The notes below the pieces were generated by a model. That model made no database searches and was not told the origin of the DNA. It saw only the letters and a list, made by a program, of their open reading frames with translations. A DNA stretch of 64,000 nt from Camelus dromedarius (Eukaryota). Where the stretch lies: positions 27,900,001 through 27,964,000 of the forward strand of contig NC_087453.1 of assembly GCF_036321535.1 (NCBI RefSeq), in the 5' to 3' direction. The translations under genes and the position numbers were made by a program. This document shows positions 51,308 to 64,000 of the stretch, piece after piece. The number at the start of each line of letters is the position of its first letter. Positions within the stretch are counted from its first letter, which is position 1.

Positions 51308-52954
51308 TAAGTATCCAACACATCCAAAAGGGCGTGTTTTCCCCCAATACGGCATGTCTAGTCATTGTTCATCAGATTTAAGATTATTTGACACTATTCA
51401 TAATGTTCCTCAATTATACATTAAGTGGCGTGTTTTCATAGTCTGTGATGGAATTCATTCATTTAAATCTCATTAACATTAGAATGATCCGTTGGACTCC
51501 TGGCATCTATTTTCATGCCATAGTAGGACTTTAAATTAAGGACTCCTCTTTTTACAATGCAGTGAAGCACATTTCCTTGTATAACACGTGCCTCTATTTC
51601 AGTGGGCCGCTTTTATAATCCTCCTTCGTTAGCTCCTTTCATGGCTTGCAAATTTATCGTCAGTTTTGCCACCACACTAACATGGCCAGTTCTGTACCCG
51701 TTGGAGCTGGTGGAGGGAAAATTACCAATTCTGTTCTGCCACTTTGCACTTACACAGAGCTCACACCACCAGATTCTCCCTCCTTCCTGTTTTCATGGGT
51801 TTCCCCTGTTGGTTAATATTTGGCCTGTTTCAAAATAGCCTTCACTTTTTTGCTGAGCTCCACAAAGAAGGAGGGAATTTTGACTTAACTCATAGTCATT
51901 TTATGACAAAGGACCAGAGAGTAAGACATGTTTATATCGGATGCATGGATATTAGTTTATCACAAAGTTACTCAATTTAAAGAGCCTTCAAATGAAAGAG
52001 TCTCATTTTTATTGCATAAGAATTCAAGAAACTAAAATTCTAGTGCATGGAATTAATGTCTGAAGACTAGGTATTGTGACCATCACTGCTCAGAAGTGCC
52101 TTCGTGAAGCCTTCTTCCATTTCAAAGACCTAAGTCCATTTTCTCAACGAAAAGCCAACAACCCTTGTCCTAATTTGGCTCCCAAGTTCCTGAGTTCTTT
52201 TAATCCTCCTTCCTATCAAAAGTCTTTCCCAGGTCACTGATTCCCTTTGTCCAATTAATTTGCAACATATGCTTCAATTCACTAATTCTTAAAGAATTCA
52301 CTAAACCTTAAAGAACCAGTTTGGTCGGGACCAAATTTCAGCTTGAATTACTTTGAAGTAGGTAAAGGTGATCATCGGTTAATGCAAACATGGAGAGGGA
52401 ACGTTATTTTGAAATAAGCAAGTTAGAGTTACCCGTATTTGTAGTTTGCCCTCAGGAAATCTATATTACATTTACCAGCTCATGAGTCTGTTTCATTAGG
52501 AGACAATCATCCAGTGAATAATGCAATCATCTGGCGCGTGGTTTTTCTAGCACTTCCAAGGGCCAGCTGAAGAGAAGAGAATTTATTCTGCTCCATTGCT
52601 ATTTCTCTTCTACCTAAAGGGAGCAACACCCCCTTTAGTCGCTGCATTTTTCCTCGCTTGCTGTGACAGCTCTGGTTTGCACAGGACTTTCCTCATCTCG
52701 GACTGTCCATCTGTAACTGGCCCCTAATAATGCTTTTAGCACCTCTTTTTCAGGCACTATAGTTCCTAGACTGGTTGATGTGTTATTTCCTTTTTGGAGC
52801 AATATCTCCAAATCTAGCACATTTACTTTCTTTGAGAAATGTCTCTTTATCAGTTAGACAAAGTGAAAAGTTCTGGTTCCATTCTTGATTGTCACACCTG
52901 CTACATTAAATTCTCTCGTAAGGTAGCCGGAGAGGTATCGACCACCAGAAACAT

Positions 52955-53205
52955 GGTAACAGCTAATATTTATTGAGTGTATATTATGTGCAGAGCAACG
53001 TCCCAAGTGGAAGCTCATGTAACCCATACCACTAACGCAGGTACTCCTAAGAATAAATATTGTTATGATTATCTTTGTTTTCATAAATGATGAAACTGAA
53101 TCCTAAAGAGGGTGAGTAACCTGCCCCAGGCCATGCTGCTAAAATGTGACAGAGCGAGGATTCAGATCTAGCTCTTGTGGCTTCAAAACTCACCTGTTTA
53201 ACCAA
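52955..53205 (-). mobile_element. MIR (near full length)
   Basis: gctaatatttattgagtg...aaatgatgaaactgaatcctaaagagggtgagtaacctgccccagg...gaggattcagatc. Confidence 0.8.
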
Positions 53206-54904
53206 CACCACCCCCCACACCTAAGCAAAAGCAGCATGAGCCATCAGATCAGCAGGCGAGGACCACTGGAGCATCCCACAAGGCGACTGCCTGCAGATCT
53301 TCCCATTTCGGCAGCTTGTGCCTCTTAACCACAGGATTTTTTTTTTTTTGTCTTCAACACCAATCATACAGAGAACCAAACTGGGCATGAAACCTCAATC
53401 CACACTGTACACAAAATCAAAAAAGGTCGTACCATAATCCAGCCCTTTCTGGTTTTAAAAAATGAGAAATTTAGCTATTAAAAGTTCATTAATAATGCAT
53501 GAATAACTGAAGAAAACAGGAAAACAGCCTTCCCAGGGTGCCATGATATTTATCCCAAACCTTTGAGATAATCAGATGGTAGTGAAATAATAAGATGCTG
53601 AATTCCATCGTGGGAGGAAGTTTTCGGCTTCATCTTTTCATTGTCCTTGCACTTCACATACAAAGTCATTCAGCTACGGTTCTTTCCTGGGTGGACAGTC
53701 ACACACCCAAAGAAAACCTACAGGCTTTCCCTTTGCTGGTAGAACCATATGCTTGACATGTGGGAAGGTCCCACCTCATGGCTGAACCAGTAACAGACAT
53801 CATTCATCAGTTACAGTTCTCTTTCCCCTGAACTAAATAAATAGAACCTCAGAATCCTTCTCAACACAATGACACAGGGACACATACCCCTAAACACATC
53901 TGAAACATGTTTGCCACCTCCCCCAACAGTTTTGGTTTCCCCCTTCTGTGCTGCATATCCAAAATACCAGATTCAGACCCCTGGTCCCAGCTGACTTGAG
54001 CCACAGTCCCGAAACAAACTCACACAGGAAGGAAGGCAGCCACTGAATTTTCTGGTTTTTATCTCCAAATATTTGCAACCACCCATCAATGGACAACACA
54101 GGGGAGATCTGCCATGACCCTTCTCCACCTGCTACATCAGATCCCATAAAATGCAGATTCCTGAGCTTCACCCCTGTACCTGAATTTCAATTTCTAAAAA
54201 TGAGACTTTGAAATTTAAAAAAAAAAAAAAAAAGTCCCAGTTAACAGATGGGCCACCTAACTTGTGAACTAGCGTTTTCATTACAGGAATTCTACACTGA
54301 ATTCAAATGAAGGGACCACTAGCTCTGGTTCAGCCGCCGAGAATGTGAGATTTTGGAGAAGGCCCTTCATTTTCAGGAGTCAAAGGCCCTCCTCTGTGGA
54401 GAGGGAGGTTGGTTTAGTTCAGCTTGGAGGGTGGGGCATGTTCTTTGGTCAGAAAACTGACCCCTCTGCCAGGTGTTTTCCTGTGTCCAGGTGTGTCTGC
54501 TCTGGCCCAAAGCTCAAAATGCATCTGTGAATATCTTCCTCTAACTCCATCTCTGTGGGAGTCCATGTTGATGCTCTCAGTGCTTCAGGATTTTTTTCTC
54601 TCTCTCATCGCAAATGTCAAGACTTGTTTCTGCAATTCTGACCCGCAATTAAAGTTGCTTTATTTTCCTCCGACTTTTTCTGCTCAGTTTGCTCTCTGCT
54701 CGGACCCGTTCCCGGTCAGGTGGGCACATGTGTTTGCGGAGAGCGCGAAGGGCCTGATCCCCAACAGCGCGTTTTCCTTTCCTCCTGGACTCCTGCCTCT
54801 TGTTTTCTCTGTCTCAGTGGGTGTCGAAGCAGGGTTTTGGAAGTCTAGGTCACACGCAGACCCTGGGTCTTCAAAGCAAGACTGAGCCATCGACTAGGAG
54901 GAAC

Positions 54905-55190
54905 TGCATCGTTGCGGGGCTTGTTGGAAATGCAGTGTCTCGGTCCCCACCCCAGACTCTGCCTTGGAATCATCATTTTCTTGAGACCCCGGGGTGATTT
55001 GAGGAAGTGTCAGAGCACAGCCCTAAACACCGTGGTCCATGAACCAACCACCTGCCTCAGAATTACCTGAGGCTTGTTACAAATGCAGGTTCCAGGGCTC
55101 CACTCCCAGCTCAGTGAATGGGGGGCTGGGGCAGGGCCCTGCCACCTGCAGCATTAACAGCCCAGGGCCTGATGTGGGGACTGCCTGACA
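54905..55190. mobile_element. Two adjacent MER5A-type hAT MITE fragments (another fragment at about 54130-54200)
   Basis: gttggaaatgcagtgtctcggtccccaccc and cagaattacctgaggcttgttacaaatgcaggttccagggctccact. Confidence 0.65.
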
Positions 55191-55405
55191 GAGGGCTCTG
55201 CCTGTCACCTGCTTAGGGACACCTGGCTTATCACCCCAAAATCCCTCTACTGGTGAGAACGTGGCTCCACTAGAAATTCTGAAAGCGGAGTATTAGGGCA
55301 AACCCCTTCCTTTTCACTCCAAAGCAACCTGGGGCCCTCGAGTTCCAACACTTAAGAAAAATGTCATCTGCTTAGTAAGTAACTGGTGACTGAGTTAATC
55401 CACCA

Positions 55406-55599
55406 CAGTGGTTCTCAAACTTGAGTGTGAATCAATCTCCAGAGGGCTTCCTAAGACCCCTGAGCCCCGCCCGCTTGCCCAGCGATTCTGACTCAGGATC
55501 TGCCTGCCTTCCCAGGAGGCCTGGAATCTGCATTTCTAACCAGCCCCAGGCACTGCAGATGCTGCCGATCTGTGGACCACACTCAGAAGAGCGAAGCTC
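55406..55599 (+). mobile_element. MER5A (hAT-Charlie MITE), near full length
   Basis: cagtggttctcaaacttgagtgtgaatca...ttctgactcagga...ggaatctgcatttctaacc...gatgctgccgatctgtggaccacact. Confidence 0.88.
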
Positions 55600-56972
55600 T
55601 GTGGCATAGCATGATTCTGTGAGAGTGATGTGGCCGGTTTGGACAATTTCTTTTGCGCAACCTGGAAAGTGTAGGTCCAGCACAAATGGACTTGTCTCAG
55701 CTGCAAACACAGAGTCCGCTGGCCTGGTGGAGCCCCCGGGGGGCCAGCTGTCTTTTGAGTGAGGGTCTCTGAACTGTGGGTGCCCAGGGCTGCTTTGCCA
55801 AATCAGCCATGTTTCTGCTCGCTCCCCAACTGTAATACGTTCTCCTTAAACAGCCACCTCCAGGGCTTTCCAGGATCTGTTCTCTGATGTGCGGGTGGGC
55901 CATCCTTTCTCAGTCCCACTGCTGAGGAAGCTGCAGGATATTCTGAGGGTTGCATGAGCCACACAGTAAAATCTCTTTCGGGTCAAGAGAGGCGTGATGA
56001 GAAGGTGGGAGTTTGTTACGTACGTAGGGCTTGGCAAGTTCTGTGAACCTCTCCTTTGTGCCTCTCCCTGCAGTTTCAAGAAAACAGTGGCCTTGGGCTC
56101 CTATTTGAAGCCCAGAGAACTCATCTGACCCACAAAATATATGCTTTAAAAGGAGATATAGAGAGTGCTTTTCCCTGTGGACCATCACAATCTGACTTGA
56201 ACCCCAAAAGCATCCCCTCTTCCTGGAAAAAAAAAAAAACAAACAGTCCGTGATCCAGGCTGAACAGTCATGGAAGAAGGAAGGAAAATAAGAACCACAT
56301 TGAATAGCTGATTTTAAATGTAGTAAAGAAGGCTTTTTATCATTTACTTATTCTTACTACAGCCCCAGTTCTGCTGAAATGTACTAACACAGCAGCACAC
56401 AGAGACAACTACTGGAAATCAGGTCCGACAGCCTGTAGATCAAAATCACGGCCCATAAAACCCGATGGAATTAGATACCTTTATAATGATATTTAACATC
56501 CTGCAGAGCAGAATGAGAATTGCTTTTGGAAAAGGTCAGGGAAGCAGGAGTATTGAAAGACTATGGATGTTTCCTCGCATCCACCGTGTCAACACGTGCG
56601 CGGGCCCTGCCGTCTGGTCTGGCTGGTGGAGGCTGCCTTGTCATGCTGGGATCATCTTACATTTCAAAGGCATTGGCATCTATTACTTCATCTCCTCAGC
56701 ATCCTCTGCCCCTTTCCAAGAACAGTAATTTTCCTCCTCGTTTTATAGATCCTGAGCAGTTGAGAGCCTGGTGGGTGGCTCAACAAACCCAGCCACTCCA
56801 GCCTTTTCCCTGGTACCTCATCAGGCTGACACCACCCTTGCTTCCCTCTTGGGCACAAAAGGGCTGCAGGTGCCCCTCCCCAAGGAGCCTGCTTCCCTTG
56901 CCTTTCTTCCAGGACCCCCTCCCAAGTGGACACACTTCTGCCTGTTAGCCTTTTTTCTTGTACATTTTGAGA

Positions 56973-56993
56973 TCTCTCTCTCTCTCTCTCTCT
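56973..56993 (+). repeat. (TC)10 microsatellite
   Basis: Read directly. Confidence 0.95.
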
Positions 56994-57438
56994 GTCCCTC
57001 CTTTCCCTCACCTCCTTGTAAACACTTTTTGGCAGTGCACCTCCGTCAGTTAGACAGATTTCATGAAAGAATTCACATAGAGTCATGAATGAGTTCCACC
57101 CCCAAGTATTTGGCATTTGACTTCGAATCTGGAAATTAAACAGGAAGAACTGAGTCATTAACTCTGGAACATTCAAGAATCCAGTGACAAGCAGGTGACC
57201 TGCTGTCCCCTCCATCTGTGCCCATGCAGGTGGCTTTGGGAAGAGCCTCCACGGTCCACCTGTGTGTGGGGTATTCACGTCCACATGCGTCAGAATTGTG
57301 AACAGGGATTTACAGTGATAAAAGCAATTCTAAAGGCTAGGAGGAGGAAGCGACGTGTCTGTAACTGATGACAGGAAGTAATGATGGCTTCTGTGACTGA
57401 GCCCCCTTGCTTGCTTTCTTTCCTCTCCCGCTCCCCAG

Positions 57439-57523
57439 CCCAAAGCAGCAGGCCAAGATGGCGGAGTATTGCCGACTGATCTTCGGGGATGCCCTTCTCA
57501 TGGAACCACTGGAAAAGTACCCA
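57439..57523 (+). CDS. PLCB1: PLCB1 exon 13 (85 nt): (S)[28 protein letters not shown]
   Basis: Acceptor cccgctccccag|CC, donor CCA|gtaagc; seen in ORF 57407..57625. Confidence 0.98.
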
Positions 57524-58868
57524 GTAAGCAGCTTTGATGTTCATCCTGAAGGAACCTACACTTTCCGTGTGATTCGGTTAAGGGGAGACTTCCTTACATC
57601 CTTTCCATGTTTATGTTTGGCGTAGGAGCCGTGTGATTGGCAATGAGCCCTCTGACCAGGGGATGCCAGCGGGGCTCCCCTCAAGGAGGGGAGATGTGTG
57701 TCTGTCCTCTTGCTCTACCCACAGTCTTCTCCCTCCCTCACTGCCCGACCTGAGCTGGTCAGGGCCACAGAATTCCTGCCATCATAATCGGCCCACAGAG
57801 GGGTTCCCAGGGGATAGGCTCAGATCACCTCCCAGGGAACCTCATCACGCCCCCTTTGAAAGAAATGGGTCAGCAAAATGGGACACTGCAGGTGGCGCGA
57901 TGACATTCCGCCCTGTCCCTGCTGGCCACCCCTCGCTTCCTCGCACATGCCCAGCAGAACCTGGGCCTCTGACTGCCAGGGTAACATCCCTGCCTTGGGA
58001 AGGAAAGTAGCAGAAATATCCTAAAGTAGCCTCTTCCCTCTTCAGCCCTTTTCCACAGTCTTCACACATTCGTACCTGATTTCACACCAGCTCCCGCTGG
58101 TTGCAAGTGAAGAATAGAGGACCAGCCCACAGGGGTTCATAGACTTTCTAAAAATAACCCGCCTTGGGATTTGCACACAGACTCTCTGATACAGCATCTA
58201 ATAACTCTCTCGTGGGAAATTGATTTTCCCATTAGATGCACAAGCTGGACACGCTAGAAAGAAGCCTTGCAAATAGCTTGCATCTCAGGGTGGTGAGGAA
58301 ATCTGAAGCTACCCCGTCCACTTCTGCTGATGCCAAGATGATATGCAGTTTAACCGCTTCGTGCCGGGATGCGGATTTTGCTGTTTTTAAACTGCATCTG
58401 AAAAGTTGATTCTACAGGCTTGCCTGGACGCTCCTGCCTGTCTTCCCCATCCATCTTCCTGGCAGATGCCACACTTTAACTGGCTTTCCTCCTTTGAAAA
58501 ATCCAGGTCAAGGCTTTCTTATCTGTCTTATAGCAAGATGGTTGGATTTATAGGGTCCATCAGAAAACTCATGAAACTTCGAGTGAGCACACCAAATCTC
58601 CCAATGCATGTTTATAGTTTTAAGCATGTAGATTTCTCATGGAAAAGTAAAGAAGACAATAATGAAAATATACATCTCATGTGAAAAAAGGAAGCCCTGT
58701 GGACCCACCCCCAGGCAGGACACTCTTAGAGCAGCTGAATGAGCTGTTTGGAAGGCAGTAAGGAATGATCTAGAAGCTCCAGATCGCTAGCGCTGTGCTG
58801 GGGGGTTGGGGAGGAAATCTGAGAGGAAGGGGCGGTATTTTTAAAGAATGTGCTTTTCTTCCCATTAG

Positions 58869-59108
<240 letters not shown>

Positions 59109-59149
59109 TGAGCTTGGAAGGACATGTCACATTTCTCCTTGGGCACAGC

Positions 59150-59642
59150 TAGTTTCCATCTGGGTTGGTTTTCTGGTTCTGCGACATACTCGGTGGCTTA
59201 AAACTACACAAATTATACCTCCTGGTTCCTGCAGGATGGGAGGGCCCAGGTGGCCTCACTGCGCTGAACTCCGGGTCAGCCGGGCTGCTCCCCTTTCTGG
59301 AGGCTCTCGGGAGCCCTATTCCTTGCTTTTCCACCTTTTAGAGGCCGCCCACATCCACGGGCTCATGCTCCCCTTCCTTCGGCTTCAGAGCCAGCAGGGT
59401 CCCATCTTGCGCCTTCTGTCGTCATATCTCCCGCAGACCACAGCTGGGGTAGAAAATGGTCCTCTGCTTTTGATAACTCGTATCATTACGTTGGACCCAT
59501 ATGAATAACCCAGGGGTCTCCCCCATCTCCACGTCCTTCACTTAATCTCATGTACAAAGTCCCTCTTGCCCTGTGGTCACAGGACACAGGAACAGTCATG
59601 GGGCGTGGACATTTTGGGGAGGCCAGGATTCTGGCTGCCACG
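59150..59642 (-). mobile_element. MaLR LTR (MLT1C/D-like), 100 bp downstream of exon 14
   Basis: ggtggcttaaaactacacaaatt, ttctggaggctctcgggag, ttccaccttttagaggccgccc, ttggacccat...ataacccagg...ctccccatctc, ggacattttggggaggcc. Confidence 0.85.
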
Positions 59643-60119
59643 TAAGCCAAGTAGTCTTTGGAGTGACCACATGATTTTAAGCTTCTCAAGGGCACTGATT
59701 TCTTGACGGTATCTGTAGGTCTGGACGCAGGATGGTGACCAGATGCCTTCTCACTGATGATCTGCTGAAGGGTTCTGAGCCATTCAATTTACCCATATTC
59801 TACAGGGCTCTTTAAAAAATCAAAATGGTAACATTACATGATCTGTGAAAGCTACTAGGCAATGCTTAATATCAGTCGTTTTCTTTTAGATTAAATTGAA
59901 ATTGATTTTTGTGATTGATGAAAAAAGAATTCAAAGTGGTCCCCCATTTCCTCTGAAATATTCGACATTCAGTTCAGGTTCTTTTCCAACCACAGTCAGA
60001 ATCTTGGCCATTTGAAAAGCGCATTGCAAAGATCTCCTGGCTGGTGGTTGAACAAGAAGAGGAAACTTTAAGCTTGAATCTAGGGAGTTCTTCAAGAAAA
60101 AAGTTTAGCTCACACTGAA

Positions 60120-60680
60120 ACAATCAAACTTTGGAAAAATTGCTTGGCAGTATTTACAGAAACTGTGCTGAACTTCTGGGCCCCAGAGAATTCCATTCTT
60201 AGGTATATACTCAACAGAAATGCGTACAGACCTTCACCAAGAGACACGGACAAGAACTTCTTAAAGCAGCAGTGTTCAGAGCAGCCCATTAACAGATAAA
60301 TAAGTCATGGTATATTCACGCCATGCATTAATAGGCAGCAATAATGATCCACAACTGCCCACAACAATATGGATGGATCTCAGGAATGTAATGTGGAGTA
60401 AAAGAGGCCAAATACAAAAGGAGGTATCCACTGTCTGATTCCATCCATGTCAAGGACGAAAACAGGCAGGACTAACCTGGACCATTAGAGCGCAGGAGAT
60501 GGTTACCCTTGGGGAAGAAGTGACTAGAAAGGGGCCACGGAGGCTTTAGGCACTGGTTCTGTTTTGTTTCTTGCTCTGGGCACTGTTTCCCAAGCTCTGT
60601 TTAGTCTGTTTACATGCAGTACACGTGTGACATGTGTTCTTCTTTGTGCCTTTCACATGTCAATCAAAAGATTTTAAAAT
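60120..60680 (+). mobile_element. L1ME-type 3' end, sense
   Basis: tttggaaaaattgcttggcagtatt...aattccattcttaggtatatactcaacagaaatg...atggatggatctca...aaagaggccaaatacaaaag...gatggttacccttgggg. Confidence 0.8.
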
Positions 60681-63069
60681 CATTTGAAGAAAATTAAAAT
60701 ATAAACTCGAGGGCAATCAGGGAAAAAAAAATGGTTGGCCAAAACTTTGATTTATCTTTTCTTCTTCTTTTTCCTTTTGCTTACTTTTATTGTTTAGGTT
60801 AAAATATTTATCAACAGACATTATTTAATTCTTTGAAAGGTGTTTTTATTTGGTCGTATTTGAACACGTGTTTCAGACATTATTACACAATTCTGATTCC
60901 TTTTTCAAAAAAATAACTTTTGCTCTCAGTAAGAATGTTCTTTTTGAAGTTTTGGAACGAATGTCACCAACAGGCCACCTCTTTCCCAGCAAGACTCTGC
61001 CCCGTGGATGCTAGCGAGTAAGCTGTGTCTTCTGCTGCACGTGGGAGCTTCTTGTTCTGCCATCTGCCTTCCCTGCTTCTCTCCCTCCTATTAACTGGAT
61101 GCATAACACAAATAATCATTTTTACAGACAGTGAACATTATTGCTTAATTCAGAGAAAGAGCAGCAATCTGTTAGTAATTCGGTAGATTTCCTAAGCTAG
61201 CCCCGTCGTCTGTTGTGCAATCTTTATTTATTTGGATGGAAATTTTGGGGCATTTTAATATGTAGGTAGGCCCCTGAGTTAGGAGCTAATTTACCATTTG
61301 GTTTGTTGATGTGTCCAGTACTGAGAATTCAAGTAACTTGAAAAAACATGAAATGTTTCTGACATTAAAGCTCAGCTAATTATTATGGCCCCTGTTGGCC
61401 AGATCCTCCCCCAAATCCAGCCCCTCTGCCCCTGCACCGCTCTTAAAGGACTAGGATAAAAGTAATTTTTTTTTTTATTGTTCAGTAAGATTCCTCCAAG
61501 GTACCTCCAAAAACTTATGAGGGAGGAATCAGGTCCCCACTCACAGAATAAAGGAAGACAAATTCTTCCTTTCCCACGTAACCCAGCGAATGCCTTGATT
61601 ATTTGAAATGACTGGTGTTTTGCTGTGTCCTGCGAAGCACTGTTCTGCCAAATAACTTCTTAAATGACTCAATAAAAAGAATCCCCTCTCTAATTCAAAA
61701 ATAAAAAATAGTTAACTAAAACTTGAGGCAACAAATTTGACTATAAAAAAAAATCTGTGTCAAAGAATGTGGCTCCAATAGAATAAGATGTGTTTTCTGT
61801 TCAAAGTGGAATAGATTCACCTGATTAACATGGTATCAGCCTCGTAAAGGTTGTGTGTAGCTTTCGTTCATAAACAAGCCATAAACAATAAGCCACATTG
61901 GTCCCAGACATCTTTTCCCTCTAAAGATTATTTCATAAATATTTGGCTCACTTGCTATCATTCAGTAATCGATTGAACTTTGTCAGCCAAATGAAAGCAT
62001 TCATAAGCTCCTTGGAGACAGTGCTGTGAGCAGTGTCCTTTATGGAGATGGAGCAGGGCAGCGAAGAACTTGCAGGAGGCAGGGAGGGGCGGGCCTTGCC
62101 CATGTTAGTTGCCTCACTGTTGAGCCAATATTGCCATCTACTGGGATGATTGTGCTATTGCACTGAGTGGACCTTGAAAGACAATTTAGCATCTTGATTT
62201 CTTTACTTTTGACTTAAAAATCTTTTTACATGACTGATATTACTCGGTCTGACCGAAGCCCAGAGCTGGAAAGAATGTAATGCCTCATACTAGCATGAAT
62301 ATTTAAGCGAGTGGAATCATTCATCTAATCTTTGGAGAGAAAAATAATCTATCGAAATGACTATACATTGGCTAAATGTGAAGCCGCATTACGTCTGACT
62401 GATACAGTAGATTTCCATGCATAATTATTTTAAGGGCTCACTCATTTTATCCTGCCCTTTTAAACAGAATTTCACTGTTTTGTAAGATGCGTGCGTTGTT
62501 TAGAGGAGGATGCCTCCGTCCAGTAAGCCTGCAGGCAAGTCACAGGATGAAGCTGGTACCTTACGTGTTTGTGGAGTCAGGTGTGCTTCCATAGCCCCCG
62601 TTCCTGTCCCAGCTCGTGTCCTCCACCCTGACTTCTGTGAGGTCCTCCCTGGCCTTGGGAAAGTATCCGTAAGGTCACTGAGCACTGGCCACGCATCCAA
62701 TGGAAGGGTCGGGGCTGAAAAAAAGAGGGAAAGATGGGAAAGTGATAGTTTATCAGTTATAGGGTCATGGAGACCCTGAAAGAGAATGTGTACAGCTACG
62801 TGCAGCGAAGATAGCTAAGTGTATATGATGCCATATGTTTTTCTAAACACACAGATAAAAAGAAGACAAACATCTTTTATAGAGTTTGGAAATTTCAAAT
62901 GGTATTCACAAATCACATTTTGGGGGAAAAAATCCATATTCAAAATGTCAGTGTAATTCTCCATAATTCATAAAATTTAAATATCCAAAAGAGTAATTTC
63001 AAAACAGTGAAAGGACAGCTGGCCAGGAAATTTTCCGTCATGCACGTTACCTGTGCTTCAAACCTGTAA

Positions 63070-63240
<171 letters not shown>

Positions 63241-64000
63241 TAGTCCCCGGTCATCTTCTGCCATCTAGCGGCGTCAAGAGTTTGAAAACGGAGCTGCCAA
63301 CTTTAGCCCTAAAGGAACCAGCATTGCACTGAGCAGTTCTCTATAACAGTGTTTTTGAGGCTGCCGTCCATCAAAGGTGGTATCTTGAGGGTGAATTCAC
63401 AATTTGTGACCTCCGACTGCTTAATTCCATTTTTGAGGCAATTAAATGGGTTGTCACATGGTCCCACGTCCGGAGAAGACATGAGGCTTGGAGAAATGTT
63501 CAGAAATATGACATTAATTAATTCCATTGTTGTAATTTTGGAACCACTGGAGATACCTACCGCATAAGCTCAAGCTTCCCAAATAACTCCATCAGCTCAG
63601 AAACCTTAATTGCACAGAATCTAGAACCAAGCAGGGATGGGGCAGTTTGAATTTTCAAACTTTGTTTTAGCGGGAGTCCTGTTCAAAAAGTTTATATTGA
63701 ATCTGCTTTCATATATATTGGAAAGCCTCAGTATTTGTATTTTTATAATTTAGTTAATAAGGTAAATAACAAATAATAAGCTGTTCTTATATGATGTTCT
63801 TCCTCTTATAACTATTTCCTTTAATGTTGTCTAAGTTTTTGATGATGTTCCCTCACTAAATTTCAACTTAATATCCAGAAGGAAAACTGTTACCATGTAG
63901 TTTTTTTCTGAGAATTATTTCAACTGTGCAAACTTTTTATCACTGATTCTTGGTAATTTAAGAACAGTCCTACTTATTGGATGGGCATTTGTAAATGAAT

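Overview
Mammalian genomic DNA, almost certainly a camelid (alpaca/llama/camel). The lineage call rests on a Vic-1-like tRNA-derived SINE and camelid-type L1 3' ends. The window lies inside the PLCB1 (phospholipase C beta 1) gene on the + strand. It holds eight consecutive coding exons, equivalent to human exons 8-15: 987 nt, 329 codons, about N199-E527. These encode the distal EF-hand region, the whole catalytic X box (H331, E361, D363, H378, E410) and most of the acidic X-Y linker. All junctions are GT-AG, and spliced together the exons give one stop-free frame. The rest is intron, rich in L1, HAL1, L2, MIR, MaLR/ERV LTRs and hAT MITEs; family names come from remembered consensus sequences, not a database search. 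I see no new gene or new multi-gene system. The most unusual signals are locally templated DNA-repair-type scars. (1) A 70-bp inverted copy (68/70) of 45906-45975 sits inside a young L1 at 47261-47330, surrounded by slippage, fold-back and re-initiation fragments; it also gives the pre-mRNA a 70-bp duplex. (2) A perfect 41-bp direct copy lies 502 bp from its template. (3) One L1 target-site duplication appears split by a patchwork insertion. Also noted: a probable ancient RTE-clade RT remnant, three solo LTRs with readable promoter anatomy, a 4-tier G-quadruplex motif and several splice-site curiosities. N runs inside two L1s show that the sequence is masked or gapped, so assembly artefact must be excluded for the repeat-junction findings.
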